A stretch of DNA of 64,000 bases from Pseudomonadota bacterium (lineage in GTDB: Bacteria; Pseudomonadota; Alphaproteobacteria; UBA1280; JAAZVW01), in NCBI GenBank assembly GCA_018623135.1, contig JAAZVW010000003.1:977-64976 (forward strand), written 5' to 3'. Of the stretch, positions 1-9,760 are shown piece after piece (positions within the stretch are counted from its first letter, which is position 1; every line of letters starts with the position of its first letter). Both the position numbers and the translations under genes were made by a program. The notes below the pieces were generated by a model. That model was not told where the DNA came from and ran no database searches. It saw only the letters and a list, made by a program, of their open reading frames with translations.

Positions 1-387
1 CGCAGTACCTACAGGTACTGTGGATTTATCAACAATTACAGTGAATTTATCACCTAGGTTTTTAGCGATAGATTCTGCTGCAGAAAGTACATATTGTAAG
101 TCTGCCGATCCATCTTCACCTTCAGGTGTACCAACAGCAATAAAAACAGCGTCAGACGTAGGTACTGAGTCACTCAAATTTGTTGTAAAATGTAGGCGAC
201 CTGCCTTTGTGTTTTCGGCAACCATTTCTTGCAATCCAGGCTCGTAAATAGGGATAAGACCTTGGTTGTTAAGTTTATCAATTTTACTTTGGTCTGTATC
301 TACACAAGTGACATTATGACCAAGTTCTGCAAAAATTGTACCCGATACAAGGCCCACATAGCCTGTACCAATCATCGTAATATTCAT
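1..387 (-). CDS. ugd: UDP-glucose 6-dehydrogenase, N-terminal part (gene runs off the window edge)
   Basis: My own translation of the minus strand from ATG at 387: [52 protein letters not shown]...[16 protein letters not shown]. It has the Rossmann GxGxxG and the typical Ugd N-terminus. The start overlaps the galU stop (ATGA). Not in the ORF track because no stop lies inside the window. Confidence 0.85.
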   Translation of the reverse strand, partial: MNITMIGTGYVGLVSGTIFAELGHNVTCVDTDQSKIDKLNNQGLIPIYEPGLQEMVAENTKAGRLHFTTNLSDSVPTSDAVFIAVGTPEGEDGSADLQYVLSAAESIAKNLGDKFTVIVDKSTVPVGTA

Positions 388-1292
388 GATGCGTTATCCA
401 TTTTTGTTAGTTGTTTTGTATAGCCAAGTTCGGCAATAAATTCGGTAAGTTCTTGTTTGATTTCTTGGCGTTGCATGGCAAAAAAGAAGTTTGCTTTTTG
501 CATGCCGGCTTTGTCGCCACAGTCAAAACGGCGGCCATCAAGCACCCAAGCATTAAAGCCTTGCTGTTTAAGTAGCGTTGTCATGGCATCTGTAAGCTGA
601 ATTTCACCGCCTGCACCTGGTTTTTGCTTATCGAGCACATTCATAATTTCAGGTGTAAAAATATAACGACCAACACAGGCAAGATTTGATGGTGCGTTTT
701 CTTTTGGTTTTTCTACAAAGTTTTTTGCAACAATAGCACGTCCGCGCTGTGCCTCAATATCTACAATACCGTAACGATGGCAGTGTTCTTCTGGCACTTG
801 CATTGTTAGAGTAATAGATTGGCCTGTATCTTGGTAAAGGTTAATCATTTCCTCTAAAGGATTGTCGCCTTCTGAGTAAATAATATCATCTGGTAATAAT
901 ACGGCAAAAGGTTCGTTGCCGATAAGGGCTTTAGCGCAGTGTACAGCATGGCCTAGGCCTAAAGCTTCCCCTTGGCGAGTGTAAAATATACGTGCAGAAG
1001 CGGGAATGATATTTGTGACAATATCGTAGAGCTCTTCTTTTTGTCTATTTAAAAGGGTTTGCTCTAGTTCGTAAGATCTATCAAAGTGGTTTTCAATAGC
1101 TTCTTTTCCTCGACCTGTTACAAAAATAAATTCTTCGATACCAGCTTTTACAGCTTCTTCTACGGCATACTGAATAATGGGTTTGTCTACAACGGTAAGC
1201 ATTTCTTTAGGCATTGCTTTTGTTGCGGGTAAAAAACGCGTGCCTAGCCCAGCAACGGGGAAGACAGCTTTCCTGACTTTTGGAGGCATCAA
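384..1292 (-). CDS. galU: UTP--glucose-1-phosphate uridylyltransferase
   Basis: 302 aa. N-terminal [23 protein letters not shown] nucleotidyltransferase signature, and full-length resemblance to GalU. Confidence 0.9.
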   Translation of the reverse strand: MMPPKVRKAVFPVAGLGTRFLPATKAMPKEMLTVVDKPIIQYAVEEAVKAGIEEFIFVTGRGKEAIENHFDRSYELEQTLLNRQKEELYDIVTNIIPASARIFYTRQGEALGLGHAVHCAKALIGNEPFAVLLPDDIIYSEGDNPLEEMINLYQDTGQSITLTMQVPEEHCHRYGIVDIEAQRGRAIVAKNFVEKPKENAPSNLACVGRYIFTPEIMNVLDKQKPGAGGEIQLTDAMTTLLKQQGFNAWVLDGRRFDCGDKAGMQKANFFFAMQRQEIKQELTEFIAELGYTKQLTKMDNAS

Positions 1293-1333
1293 TAAATTCC
1301 TTACTTTCTACTCTCTCATTGATAGGAAGGGCA

Positions 1334-2326
1334 TTATAGCTTTCTTTTAAGAAAAAATAAAGGTTTCCCTTCTAGGTACCTGATTCGTAAAGCAATTAAA
1401 GATAAAAAGCCGAGGCAATATGTAAAGTAAGATTTCCCGTAGCCGCTAAGACCAATAAGCGCACAGCTAAATAAAACAGCATTAATAAGCAGAGCTCTTT
1501 TAAAAATGGCATCATGACTCATGCCTAAGTTGTAACAACGATGGAACCAAAAATCCCGATGAGGAACCCAAGGTTTGTGTCCTTGTAAAGAACGTCTAAC
1601 GACAGAATGGCTAATATCTAGTGTAAATAAAAGTGTAAGAGTTAGGAATGAGAAGGCATTATGAATGGTCGCAACGCTTAGCATAAGCCCTGCAAGCATA
1701 AACCCAAGGTAAGTTGAGCCAATATCTCCCATAAAAAGAGAAGCTGGATGGTAGTTATGCCTTAAAAACCCCATGGTGGCACCGCAAATGATAAAAGCAA
1801 TAGGCGCAACAGGCGGAAAGAAAAGGGCGAGAAAAATACAGATAAATATACTCTGTTGACTTGCATAGCCATCTGTACCATCGGCAAAGTTAAATAAATT
1901 CACAAACCAAGCCCAGCCCAAAAGAATAAGAATTTTTTCTGCCCAAAGCGGCATAAATTCACCTAGAGTTTGTGGTGCAAAATAAAGGCAAATAGCAATA
2001 CTTATAAGATGCACAGCAAGACGCAGCTTTGCTGATAAGTTTTCTTGATCATCTTTCCAGCCAACATAGGCGACAGCTAAAGATGTGGTGAGCAGAGCAA
2101 TTAAAAAGTCTTTATGAGGTAAATCATATAAAAAGATAGCCAATAAGGCTAAGGGTGTGGTGACAAGTACAATAGAAAGGCCACCACCTACAGGTACGGG
2201 TTTTTGATGTAAAGACCTACTATTGACCTGAGCTACCATGCCCTTTTTTTTGCACAAATATGCCGAATAGGGGGCAAAAAAAAGCGCTACGAGTAAAAAG
2301 GGGATGATAACAAAAAGGCTATCCAT
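1334..2326 (-). CDS. Polyprenyl-phosphate sugar-1-phosphate transferase (glycosyltransferase family 4, WecA/WbpL/MraY-like)
   Basis: 330 aa polytopic membrane protein. NFADGTDG matches the NxxDGxDG motif of the MraY/WecA family. Sits inside a polysaccharide operon. Confidence 0.7.
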   Translation of the reverse strand: MDSLFVIIPFLLVALFFAPYSAYLCKKKGMVAQVNSRSLHQKPVPVGGGLSIVLVTTPLALLAIFLYDLPHKDFLIALLTTSLAVAYVGWKDDQENLSAKLRLAVHLISIAICLYFAPQTLGEFMPLWAEKILILLGWAWFVNLFNFADGTDGYASQQSIFICIFLALFFPPVAPIAFIICGATMGFLRHNYHPASLFMGDIGSTYLGFMLAGLMLSVATIHNAFSFLTLTLLFTLDISHSVVRRSLQGHKPWVPHRDFWFHRCYNLGMSHDAIFKRALLINAVLFSCALIGLSGYGKSYFTYCLGFLSLIALRIRYLEGKPLFFLKRKL

Positions 2327-3500
2327 CGTGGCTTATACCCATGAGCGTTTTTATTTTTGTGCTGTATCTGCTTGCTAATTTAGAGTGTAAAAAGTAAAAA
2401 CTCACAAAGGTTCTTGCATTGTTTCCAAGCTTTTCACAAACATCGGGTTGTTCAAGTAATGCGCTCACTGCCCTGCTCATAGAACCTTTATCGGCAGGCT
2501 TTACAAAAGCTGCGCATTTGGCACGTTCTAAAATCTCTCTTGATTCACCTTGTAACGAGCTAATAATAGGTTTGCCTGCGGCCATCATTTCAAACATATA
2601 GGCGCGTAAGCTACCTGTGTCTTGTTCTGATGCTGGTAATAAGCAAATATCTGCTAATGCATATATACCCCAAAGGTCGTTACCCTCAGGCAGGTCTGTA
2701 AAAAAGACATTAGGGTTGTTGGAGGCCATGCTTTCAATAACCCCACGCTTTGAGCCTTGTCCACAGAATAAAAACACAGTATCTGTTACATCTGTAATAA
2801 TGGAGGCTGTCTCTACAAGTGTTTCTAAACCTTCTTCAGGTTCAAAATCGCCTGCATATAGAATAACTTTTTTGTTTTTAGGAATACCAAGTTTTTCTTG
2901 CAGAGCTTCTTTTGTAAACTCATTATGCGCTTCTTTTGCTCGGGCAAGACAACTATCGCTAATACCGTTATAGACAATAGAAATTTTATCTTTAACAACG
3001 CCCATATTTTTAAGGTGCTGTGCCAGTGTTTTTGAGTTAACCACGCATAGATCAGCCTTTTGGGCAAGAAACTTCATCGATTTATGCCCCATACCTTCCG
3101 CAAAAGGTAGATGCTCTTGTAAAAAATATACCCAGTTACGGCGTATTTCTAAAACAAAAGGCACTTTATAGTATTTAGCCATGTAGTAAGCAGTAAAACA
3201 AGGTAAGATACGCGGGCTTGTTGCAATAATCACTTCGGGCTTTTCTTCTCTGTGAACAAAAGAACGTAATAAGCTTAAAGCAAAACTAATACTTTGTGCA
3301 AAAGGATGAAAGGGTAGTGCAAAGTGGTACCAAATCTCAAACCCTTTGTGGTGCTTCTTTTTAAAGCTAAAAGGTTCAGCCGAAGGGCTAGGTCTGAGTA
3401 AAAAAACATTATGGTTGGCAGCCCAATTTCTGGCAAAGCCTTGTATGCGTCTTTTACCAGGGGATGTTTCTAAATAAGCGCCAATAATCCAAATATTCAT
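2319..3500 (-). CDS. Glycosyltransferase, GT1-type (CAZy GT4-like) fold
   Basis: 393 aa. The C-terminal half has the typical GT-B pattern (ILYAGDFEPEEG...LLPASEQDTGSL...FEMMAAGKPII). Its 3' end overlaps the downstream gene by 8 nt. Confidence 0.75.
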   Translation of the reverse strand: MNIWIIGAYLETSPGKRRIQGFARNWAANHNVFLLRPSPSAEPFSFKKKHHKGFEIWYHFALPFHPFAQSISFALSLLRSFVHREEKPEVIIATSPRILPCFTAYYMAKYYKVPFVLEIRRNWVYFLQEHLPFAEGMGHKSMKFLAQKADLCVVNSKTLAQHLKNMGVVKDKISIVYNGISDSCLARAKEAHNEFTKEALQEKLGIPKNKKVILYAGDFEPEEGLETLVETASIITDVTDTVFLFCGQGSKRGVIESMASNNPNVFFTDLPEGNDLWGIYALADICLLPASEQDTGSLRAYMFEMMAAGKPIISSLQGESREILERAKCAAFVKPADKGSMSRAVSALLEQPDVCEKLGNNARTFVSFYFLHSKLASRYSTKIKTLMGISHDG

Positions 3501-3504
3501 CGTA

Positions 3505-4518
3505 TTAAAGCTTTAATATCTGTCCGTTCTCAAAATGAACTTCTTTAATTTCTACATCAGCAGAAACACCTAAGTTCCCTTTAAGGGCTGCCTCTATAAG
3601 GGCTGTTTCATCACTAAGCGGTTCAAAGTGAATATTGTATGTTTTTTCAACAAGCTGCGCAGGTGCAATAGGGTCTGTATCTAAGATCTGCTGTGCTTTA
3701 ATGTATTGCACACCTCGTTTAAGAACAATATCGCCCTTAATTTGAATAATTGTCTCTTCCGTAAGGTTTTCAAGGCCAATACCTACGAAGATATTACGAC
3801 CTTCACCCCAAGAACCTTCAGATGCAGAGGGTTCAGTTGTTGTTATTTTAAGGCTTTCTTTTATTTGTTGCTCTATGCGTGCTTTATAAAATTTTTCGCG
3901 CTCTTTGCGTAACGGCTCAAAAGAAGCTAAAAATTGAGCTAAATTCGGCAAAGAAGCAAGTTTTAAGCCTTCATCTGTTTCTTTAAAGCCAATAACAAGG
4001 TTATAAATGCGTTCAGGGTTTTCAGGGAAAGACATCTCCAAGCTTACATAAGGTTTGTCGTCTGTATTTTTAAGTTTGATTTTATAGACAACTTCTTCAG
4101 AACCTAAGGTTTCTGACCAAATACGCTCGACAAAAGATAAATTTTGTTGCCAAGGCGTTAACAAATCTCGTTGTTCAGGGTTGCTGACAATATCACGAAT
4201 TTGCACAGTAATGGCTTTTTTTAGGTCAGGCGCCATTTGTTGTAGCATAGAAAGAGAGTCTATATTTTCAATATTATCGGTGTTTTTAAACGCTTCTTTG
4301 TAGGCATTTGTAACAATATAGTCAGCTAAAGAGGGTACATCTACCACAGCTTCAAATTGAGCTAAGTCACCTTTTTGAGCAGCTGTCATTGCTTGTACAA
4401 CTAATGTTTTTGGTGTGCTATTTGTGCCTTGATGTTGCCAGTAAAGGTAAGAAAAACCAAAAAGAGCACTTAGTGCAACGATGAGCCAAATTAGATTGTT
4501 TTTTAGTTTTTGTGTCAT
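3505..4518 (-). CDS. Signal-anchored hypothetical protein (N-terminal region reminiscent of DUF2939)
   Basis: 337 aa with one N-terminal TM (LIWLIVALSALFGFSYLYW). The segment AAQKGDLAQFEAVVDVPSL resembles DUF2939-type proteins. Tightly packed between the heparinase-like gene and the GT gene (2 nt and 4 nt gaps). Confidence 0.45.
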   Translation of the reverse strand: MTQKLKNNLIWLIVALSALFGFSYLYWQHQGTNSTPKTLVVQAMTAAQKGDLAQFEAVVDVPSLADYIVTNAYKEAFKNTDNIENIDSLSMLQQMAPDLKKAITVQIRDIVSNPEQRDLLTPWQQNLSFVERIWSETLGSEEVVYKIKLKNTDDKPYVSLEMSFPENPERIYNLVIGFKETDEGLKLASLPNLAQFLASFEPLRKEREKFYKARIEQQIKESLKITTTEPSASEGSWGEGRNIFVGIGLENLTEETIIQIKGDIVLKRGVQYIKAQQILDTDPIAPAQLVEKTYNIHFEPLSDETALIEAALKGNLGVSADVEIKEVHFENGQILKL

Positions 4519-4520
4519 AT

Positions 4521-6236
4521 TTATTTATCCTTTACAAAGCGCAAGCCCCACTTAATCGTGGCCTTACCTTTTTCCCAGTTTGCACGTACAACTAAGGCGC
4601 GTCTATCTTTTTTTACACCAAAAACAGGGGCGTAAAGAGAGTCGCTATCATATAAATAACCACCAGAGACGCGAAACTCTAATTTCCAGCCTTGGCCTGT
4701 CTCAAGGATAGCAACTTTTTTGTTTTTTATCTGGTATGTGACATCAGGGTGCAAATGAAAATAGCTATGCACCAGCTGTTCTTTACTAGATGAAACAACA
4801 TCTTCAGCTCTAATATCTGTACCAGCATCATTCATAAAAATACGGCGTGTGTGTTTTGCTTTTTTAAAGCGCCAGCTATCATCCTGGGCTTCCACACCAA
4901 TGCCCATAGTTTCAACATCTTTAAGGCTGTAAGTGACTTTTTTTGTGCGCCTACCAAGCTGGAAAGGGGCAAGGAGCTCAGATGTATTATCATGGTTAAG
5001 GGTTATACTATTATGTGCTGCTGTGCGCCTAAAGACAGAACGCCACTTAGGTAAATAGCTAAAGCTACCAGAATTCATAATGACTTTTTCATGACCTATC
5101 GAAAGCTCAAAAGAAAGTGTATCCGCATGGGCAAAAGTATCGGGGGCATCTTTAGCAGCTGTGCCTGCGTTCATAATGAGGCACATTTGCCCACGGTGCA
5201 GACGTACAAAACCACCATAAGGAAGCTCAGAAGGTACGGTGTCGCTTAATCCGCAGCGTTTTAAAAGGTCATCTATTTCTAAGCCTTCAATGCAAGTTGC
5301 ACCGTCATTAAATAACGCAAGATTCCCATCTAAATGCCTAAAGAAGGCAAGAGCTAATGCCATCTTATCAATAGCTTCATCTAGTTGTGGCGGAGGTGTT
5401 TGTGACGCTTTAAGCATAATAGCGTGCATATCTAGCAAATCGAGCAAGATTTTAGCATGGTAAAAAGGACTGCGCTCAATATGGCAGCCATCTTTAAAAA
5501 TTTGCTCTTGCAGTTGGTCTTTTAAAAGTGCCACAGACTCTAAAAATGTGCTCTGGCGACTTGGTAAGCAAAGGCCTGTATAAATAAGCGCTTTAATATT
5601 TGCAAATAAAACAACACCACTGCCTTGCCAATCAATTGATTTTGGTAGTTGATTGGCTTGCCTGTTGATAAGAGTTGTTAAAATTTCTGCAAATTTAGGT
5701 GAAGCGCCATCTAATAACCATTTTGCATGGGTTAAAAAAGCGCTTTGCCTTCTTGAAAGCGTATAAGGTGCCCAAATATTCTTTTTAAAGTGACCATATT
5801 TATTTGCCCAGTCTTCAATAAGTTCGCGGGCTTTTAGGAGGGCTTCTCCAGTATTTAGAGCCTGTAAATGTTTAATCCACTCAAAGCTGTGTAGTTCAGT
5901 AATCCAAAACTCATCAGCTTCTTTAGGTTCCCATCTTGTTTGGTCGCTTAAGTGCAGTTCTCGGTTCAAAAAAGTAAAGCTGTTGTTTAAGATTTGCTGA
6001 CCTGCAATAGGGTTGCCACCCCAAAGTAAAGGCGCATGAAAATCGATACCTTCTTGGAAGGTCTCTTCTTCTAGAAATGTATAAAGAGGGCAGGCATAAT
6101 AAAAACTACGCAGTTTATAATCAAGCTGCGTTAAAAGTCGGCTATAGTCTTGGTAAGCAAGACGTTTAAAAGGCCGTATGAACTTTAGATAGTTAGGTTG
6201 TTTATTTTGCACCAAAATTAGTTTTGTCCCATGCAC
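4521..6236 (-). CDS. Heparinase II/III family protein
   Basis: 571 aa. Length and sequence pattern (HSFEWIKHL, FYHAKILLDLLD, LALFNDG, AAHNSITL) are typical of the conserved proteobacterial heparinase II/III-like proteins. Confidence 0.7.
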   Translation of the reverse strand: MHGTKLILVQNKQPNYLKFIRPFKRLAYQDYSRLLTQLDYKLRSFYYACPLYTFLEEETFQEGIDFHAPLLWGGNPIAGQQILNNSFTFLNRELHLSDQTRWEPKEADEFWITELHSFEWIKHLQALNTGEALLKARELIEDWANKYGHFKKNIWAPYTLSRRQSAFLTHAKWLLDGASPKFAEILTTLINRQANQLPKSIDWQGSGVVLFANIKALIYTGLCLPSRQSTFLESVALLKDQLQEQIFKDGCHIERSPFYHAKILLDLLDMHAIMLKASQTPPPQLDEAIDKMALALAFFRHLDGNLALFNDGATCIEGLEIDDLLKRCGLSDTVPSELPYGGFVRLHRGQMCLIMNAGTAAKDAPDTFAHADTLSFELSIGHEKVIMNSGSFSYLPKWRSVFRRTAAHNSITLNHDNTSELLAPFQLGRRTKKVTYSLKDVETMGIGVEAQDDSWRFKKAKHTRRIFMNDAGTDIRAEDVVSSSKEQLVHSYFHLHPDVTYQIKNKKVAILETGQGWKLEFRVSGGYLYDSDSLYAPVFGVKKDRRALVVRANWEKGKATIKWGLRFVKDK

Positions 6237-6277
6237 TCAAATTTATCCCCCATCCTAATGTATTATGAGCTTTTTGT

Positions 6278-6311
6278 AAAAAAAAATCGGCGAAAGAATC
6301 GCCGATTTTTA
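6278..6311 (-). terminator. Intrinsic terminator downstream of nhaA
   Basis: 8-bp stem atcggcga/tcgccgat (6286-6293 and 6299-6306) with loop aagaa. An A-run lies on the plus-strand 5' side, giving a T-run on the minus strand directly after the nhaA stop. Confidence 0.75.
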
Positions 6312-6329
6312 TGACTTGATTGAAGGTTA

Positions 6330-7598
6330 TTAGTCACCCTTGTAAGGCTGGTACCCTTCTTTTGCATGTTGTAGCATCGCATCATCTTCTTCTTTTACAG
6401 GAGATTTACGAGAAGCTAAGTGCAACACGAGTAAGCCGCCTAATGCTGAAATAAGCGAACCTAATAAGATACCAAGCTTAGCACTAGGTACGTAGCCTGC
6501 ACCTTCTGGGAAGGCAAGTGTTGTAATAAAGAGCGACATGGTAAAACCAATACCCGCAAGCATACTTACACCCCAAATATGACCCCAGGTTGCTTTGGCA
6601 GGCATTTTGGCTAATCCTGTTTTAACAGCAAGGAATGTTGCACCAAAAATACCTATTTGCTTACCTAAAAATAGGCCAACAATAACACCAAATGTTACAG
6701 GTTCTAGCAGTGTATTGAATGTAATACCATCTAAAGAAACACCAGCGTTTGCAAACGCAAAAATAGGTAAAATAATGTAGGCTACAGTCGGGTGAAGGTC
6801 ATGTTCCAACTGCATAAGTAGCGAACGTCGGTCGTTTTTAGTTTGTAGTGGAATACAAAAACCAACAAGTACACCAGCAAGAGTCGCGTGCACGCCAGAT
6901 TTGAGTACGCACACCCAAAGAGCAAGACCAAAGATAATATACCAAGAACCTTTGTTTACCTGAAGTACGTTTAATAGAATAAGAATCGCTAAGAAACCAC
7001 CAGCATAGTAAAACTGCATAACGTTAAGGCCGTGGTTATAGAACAGGCCGATAATTGTAATAGCCCCTAGGTCATCAATAATCGCAAGGGCAAGTAAAAA
7101 TACTTTTAAAGATGTTGGTAATCTTTTACCAATTAACGAGAAAATACCTAAAGCAAAGGCAATATCTGTGGCTGTTGGAATTGCCCAACCATGTAAAGCA
7201 ACTTCACTTTCTTTTGTAATAAAAGCATAGATAAGGCCAGGTACAGCCATACCGCCAATAGCGGCACAAACAGGCAGAATAATTTGAGATCTGCTTGAGA
7301 GCATGCCTTGTAAAATCTCACGCTTAATTTCTAAAGCGACAAGGAAGAAGAATACAGCCATAAGGCCATCATTAATCCATAAAATTAAGGGCTTTTTAAG
7401 CTCTAATGCGCCAACGGAAATTTGACCAATTGTTTCGTAAAGAATGCCGTTGTATAAGCCTTCTAGCGGAGAATTGGCAACAATCATTGCTAAAATTGCA
7501 CAAAACAGCAGAATAATACCAGCTGCTGCTTCTAATTTCATAAACTCACGGAAAAAGACCATCGGGCGGTAAAAGACAACGCTTTTCGCCTCCGGCAT
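6330..7598 (-). CDS. nhaA: Na+/H+ antiporter NhaA
   Basis: IIDDLGAITIIGLFY (the NhaA DD motif), about 12 TM segments, and N-terminal EAAAGIILLFCAILAMIVANSP resembling E. coli NhaA. The ORF is open to 7697. I place the start at the ATG at 7598 (MPEAK) because of a GAGGA Shine-Dalgarno about 8 nt upstream; the start remains uncertain (7625 and 7697 are alternatives). Confidence 0.9.
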   Translation of the reverse strand: MPEAKSVVFYRPMVFFREFMKLEAAAGIILLFCAILAMIVANSPLEGLYNGILYETIGQISVGALELKKPLILWINDGLMAVFFFLVALEIKREILQGMLSSRSQIILPVCAAIGGMAVPGLIYAFITKESEVALHGWAIPTATDIAFALGIFSLIGKRLPTSLKVFLLALAIIDDLGAITIIGLFYNHGLNVMQFYYAGGFLAILILLNVLQVNKGSWYIIFGLALWVCVLKSGVHATLAGVLVGFCIPLQTKNDRRSLLMQLEHDLHPTVAYIILPIFAFANAGVSLDGITFNTLLEPVTFGVIVGLFLGKQIGIFGATFLAVKTGLAKMPAKATWGHIWGVSMLAGIGFTMSLFITTLAFPEGAGYVPSAKLGILLGSLISALGGLLVLHLASRKSPVKEEDDAMLQHAKEGYQPYKGD

Positions 7599-7770
7599 TG
7601 GAAATTCCTCTCGTTTGATTGACATGGAAGTATGTACCTTTGTTGTTTTTCGTTTTTTACCATTATTAACCATAAGTAGCTTTTTGTCATTAATCAAGGC
7701 TGTCAGTAGGTTAAAGATATTCTTTTTTTATGAGCTGTGGCAAAATGGTTGTGTGTATGGGTGGTTATTT

Positions 7771-8172
7771 TTAATAACGAAACCATTTACCAAGAGGGTT
7801 TTTACAAGTTAATCCCTGCCATCTATCGTTTTGACCTTCATAAAGAGTTTCTGTGTAATAATAACGGCAGACCCCATGATCTTTTTGGTAAGATGTACGA
7901 CCAAACCAAACTTTAATACGTTTTGTTTTTTCATCATTTTCCCACATGGATTTTCTCTGACGCGCAATGGCTTTTTTCTGTTCGCTGTTAATCAGTCGTC
8001 TAAAATCACCATCAAAATGAGAAGGGACAGCATTAGGCCCTGAATCACTTGTTTTGACTAACCAACCTAATGTTAAAGCGCCTAAAATAAGAGCAAAGAT
8101 AGACCCAATAAGTGTGCGTCTTTGGTTGCGTATTTTTTTTTGTTGTGCTTGTGTTGCTGAGTTGTTTGGCAT
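7771..8172 (-). CDS. Small membrane-anchored surface-antigen-like protein (Cys-pair domain), paralog 1
   Basis: 133 aa with an N-terminal TM (LIGSIFALILGALTLGWLV). The C-terminal WENDEKTK...GVCRYYYTETLYEGQNDRWQGLTCKNPLGKW matches the W..N...G.CR.Y....G......CK/R.p.G.W pattern of COG4520-type surface antigens. Confidence 0.6.
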   Translation of the reverse strand: MPNNSATQAQQKKIRNQRRTLIGSIFALILGALTLGWLVKTSDSGPNAVPSHFDGDFRRLINSEQKKAIARQRKSMWENDEKTKRIKVWFGRTSYQKDHGVCRYYYTETLYEGQNDRWQGLTCKNPLGKWFRY

Positions 8173-8231
8173 TATCTGACTTTCCTTTTATATGTTTGTT
8201 TGTATAAATCTAGGGTCGTCTAAGATTTAAA

Positions 8232-8630
8232 TTACCAATTTTGGTTGGGCTTCTTACAATGTTTATCTTCCCAGTTTTTCATCTGTTTTTTATGGATAAT
8301 TCTAATGTGGTACACACCACAGACTTCACCTTTATGCTGGAACACACGCCGTGGTTTTATGCGCACATTCAATTTTAAACTGGTATCTTCCCATGTTACG
8401 GTTTTACCACTGTTTAGCGCCTCTGCTATGCTTTTACCAACAGCAATGCGTGCAACAGCCTGATGTCCTAAAGCAGCGTCTAAAGAATACTTAGGCCGTT
8501 CAAAATTAATACCTAAAGCAAGGGCAGCGCATATAAATAATATAATAATGATGACAGAGGCTTGCCATTCTTGCCCTTTTTTAATGTTATAATTATAATT
8601 ATTTGACATTGACCTGAGTCCATTTGCCAT
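8232..8630 (-). CDS. Small membrane-anchored surface-antigen-like protein, paralog 2
   Basis: 132 aa with a TM (ASVIIIILFICAALALGI). C-terminal TWEDTSLK...GEVCGVYHIRIIHKKQMKNWEDKHCKKPNQNW. The start is uncertain, since the ORF overlaps the upstream paralog by 32 nt. Confidence 0.55.
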   Translation of the reverse strand: MANGLRSMSNNYNYNIKKGQEWQASVIIIILFICAALALGINFERPKYSLDAALGHQAVARIAVGKSIAEALNSGKTVTWEDTSLKLNVRIKPRRVFQHKGEVCGVYHIRIIHKKQMKNWEDKHCKKPNQNW

Positions 8631-9018
8631 GGTTGTTTTTGCAAACCATATAATCGCTTACCCATTCATCTACACCAATACGTAAAGATTCCTGAATCAC
8701 GCGGCAGTACATATTGTGGTGCATCATGGTTGGCATAGGCTTTAAATGTAATGCAATATTATCTTTGTAAAAAACTTTGCCTTGGTTATCCATAAGCTCT
8801 TCATATACATAAAGTTGCTTATCTAGCATCCATAAGCGTTGTTCTTGAGTAAGCTTTTTATGCACCTTAATAGGCTTTAAGTGCTCTAATAGAGCTAAGT
8901 CAGGTTTATGAATGTATCCTGTTGCGTAAGTTGTCGCTTGCTGTTGCTCGGTTTTATAACTACAACCTGTTTGTATAAGTGTTGCTAACAGTATAAAAAT
9001 GATGTTCAAAAATTTCAT
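8599..9018 (-). CDS. Small lipoprotein-like surface-antigen-like protein, paralog 3
   Basis: 139 aa. The signal peptide ends LIQTGC (lipobox-like). C-terminal MYCRVIQESLRIGVDEWVSDYMVCKNNHGKW. The start codon overlaps the rpe stop (TAATG). Confidence 0.55.
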   Translation of the reverse strand: MKFLNIIFILLATLIQTGCSYKTEQQQATTYATGYIHKPDLALLEHLKPIKVHKKLTQEQRLWMLDKQLYVYEELMDNQGKVFYKDNIALHLKPMPTMMHHNMYCRVIQESLRIGVDEWVSDYMVCKNNHGKWTQVNVK

Positions 9019-9674
9019 TATTTTACCTCTGCCAATATTTGTTTAAAGCGCTGAATGTTTTTTTGAATATCCCCTTTTAAAAGTGCGGTGCCTGCTACAA
9101 AATTTGTAGCACCCGAAAGAGCCGCCTCTTTAAGGGTGTCATTATTAATGCCGCCATCTATTTGCAGCTCTACTTCTGGGAATAATTGCCTAATTTTTTG
9201 AGCACGTGTTAAAGCATCGGGCATAAATTTTTGTCCGCCTGCACCGGGTTCAACGCTCATGAGCAAAATAAGGTCTATCTGTTCTTTAAAGGGGATGAGA
9301 GCTTCAATATCTGTAGCTGGTTTAAGGCTTATTCCAGCTTTTAAATCAGAGTGCTTAATAAGGTTTAACGCTTTCAAAATTTCTTCCTGAGACCCCGCCT
9401 CTACATGTAGGGTTAACCCGTCTGCACCAGCGTCTATAAATTGGGGTATTTGTTTTAAGGGTTCAGAAACCATTAAATGTACATCTAAAAAGAAATCATA
9501 TTGGGTTTTTAAGTTTTTAACAAAAGGTGTACCAAAACTAATAGCAGGCACAAAATGACCATCCATCACATCTATATGTAAATGTTTAATACCAGCTTGT
9601 TTAAGCGCAGTTAATTGCTCTTTCAAGTCGGCAAAATTCGCTGCCAATAAAGATGGTGAAATTGTATAGTTCAT
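9018..9674 (-). CDS. rpe: Ribulose-phosphate 3-epimerase
   Basis: 218 aa with PSLLAANFADL, HIDVMDGHFVP, MSVEPGAGGQKF and QIDGGIN, all classic Rpe motifs. Confidence 0.92.
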   Translation of the reverse strand: MNYTISPSLLAANFADLKEQLTALKQAGIKHLHIDVMDGHFVPAISFGTPFVKNLKTQYDFFLDVHLMVSEPLKQIPQFIDAGADGLTLHVEAGSQEEILKALNLIKHSDLKAGISLKPATDIEALIPFKEQIDLILLMSVEPGAGGQKFMPDALTRAQKIRQLFPEVELQIDGGINNDTLKEAALSGATNFVAGTALLKGDIQKNIQRFKQILAEVK

Positions 9675-9760
9675 AAAGAGCCTCTTGTTTTTATTTAAAG
9701 CTTAAGGCTCCTATCAACTAGGTAACAAAGTGATTTCGCGATATTTATCCTTTGTAAGAC

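Noticed and set aside
6330-7697. The full 455-aa NhaA ORF including the Lys-rich N-terminal extension
   Set aside because: NhaA homology starts around residue 45. An internal ATG (7598) has a good Shine-Dalgarno, and the upstream 33 codons are Lys/Asn-rich and probably untranslated. The shorter model was reported, with the uncertainty noted.
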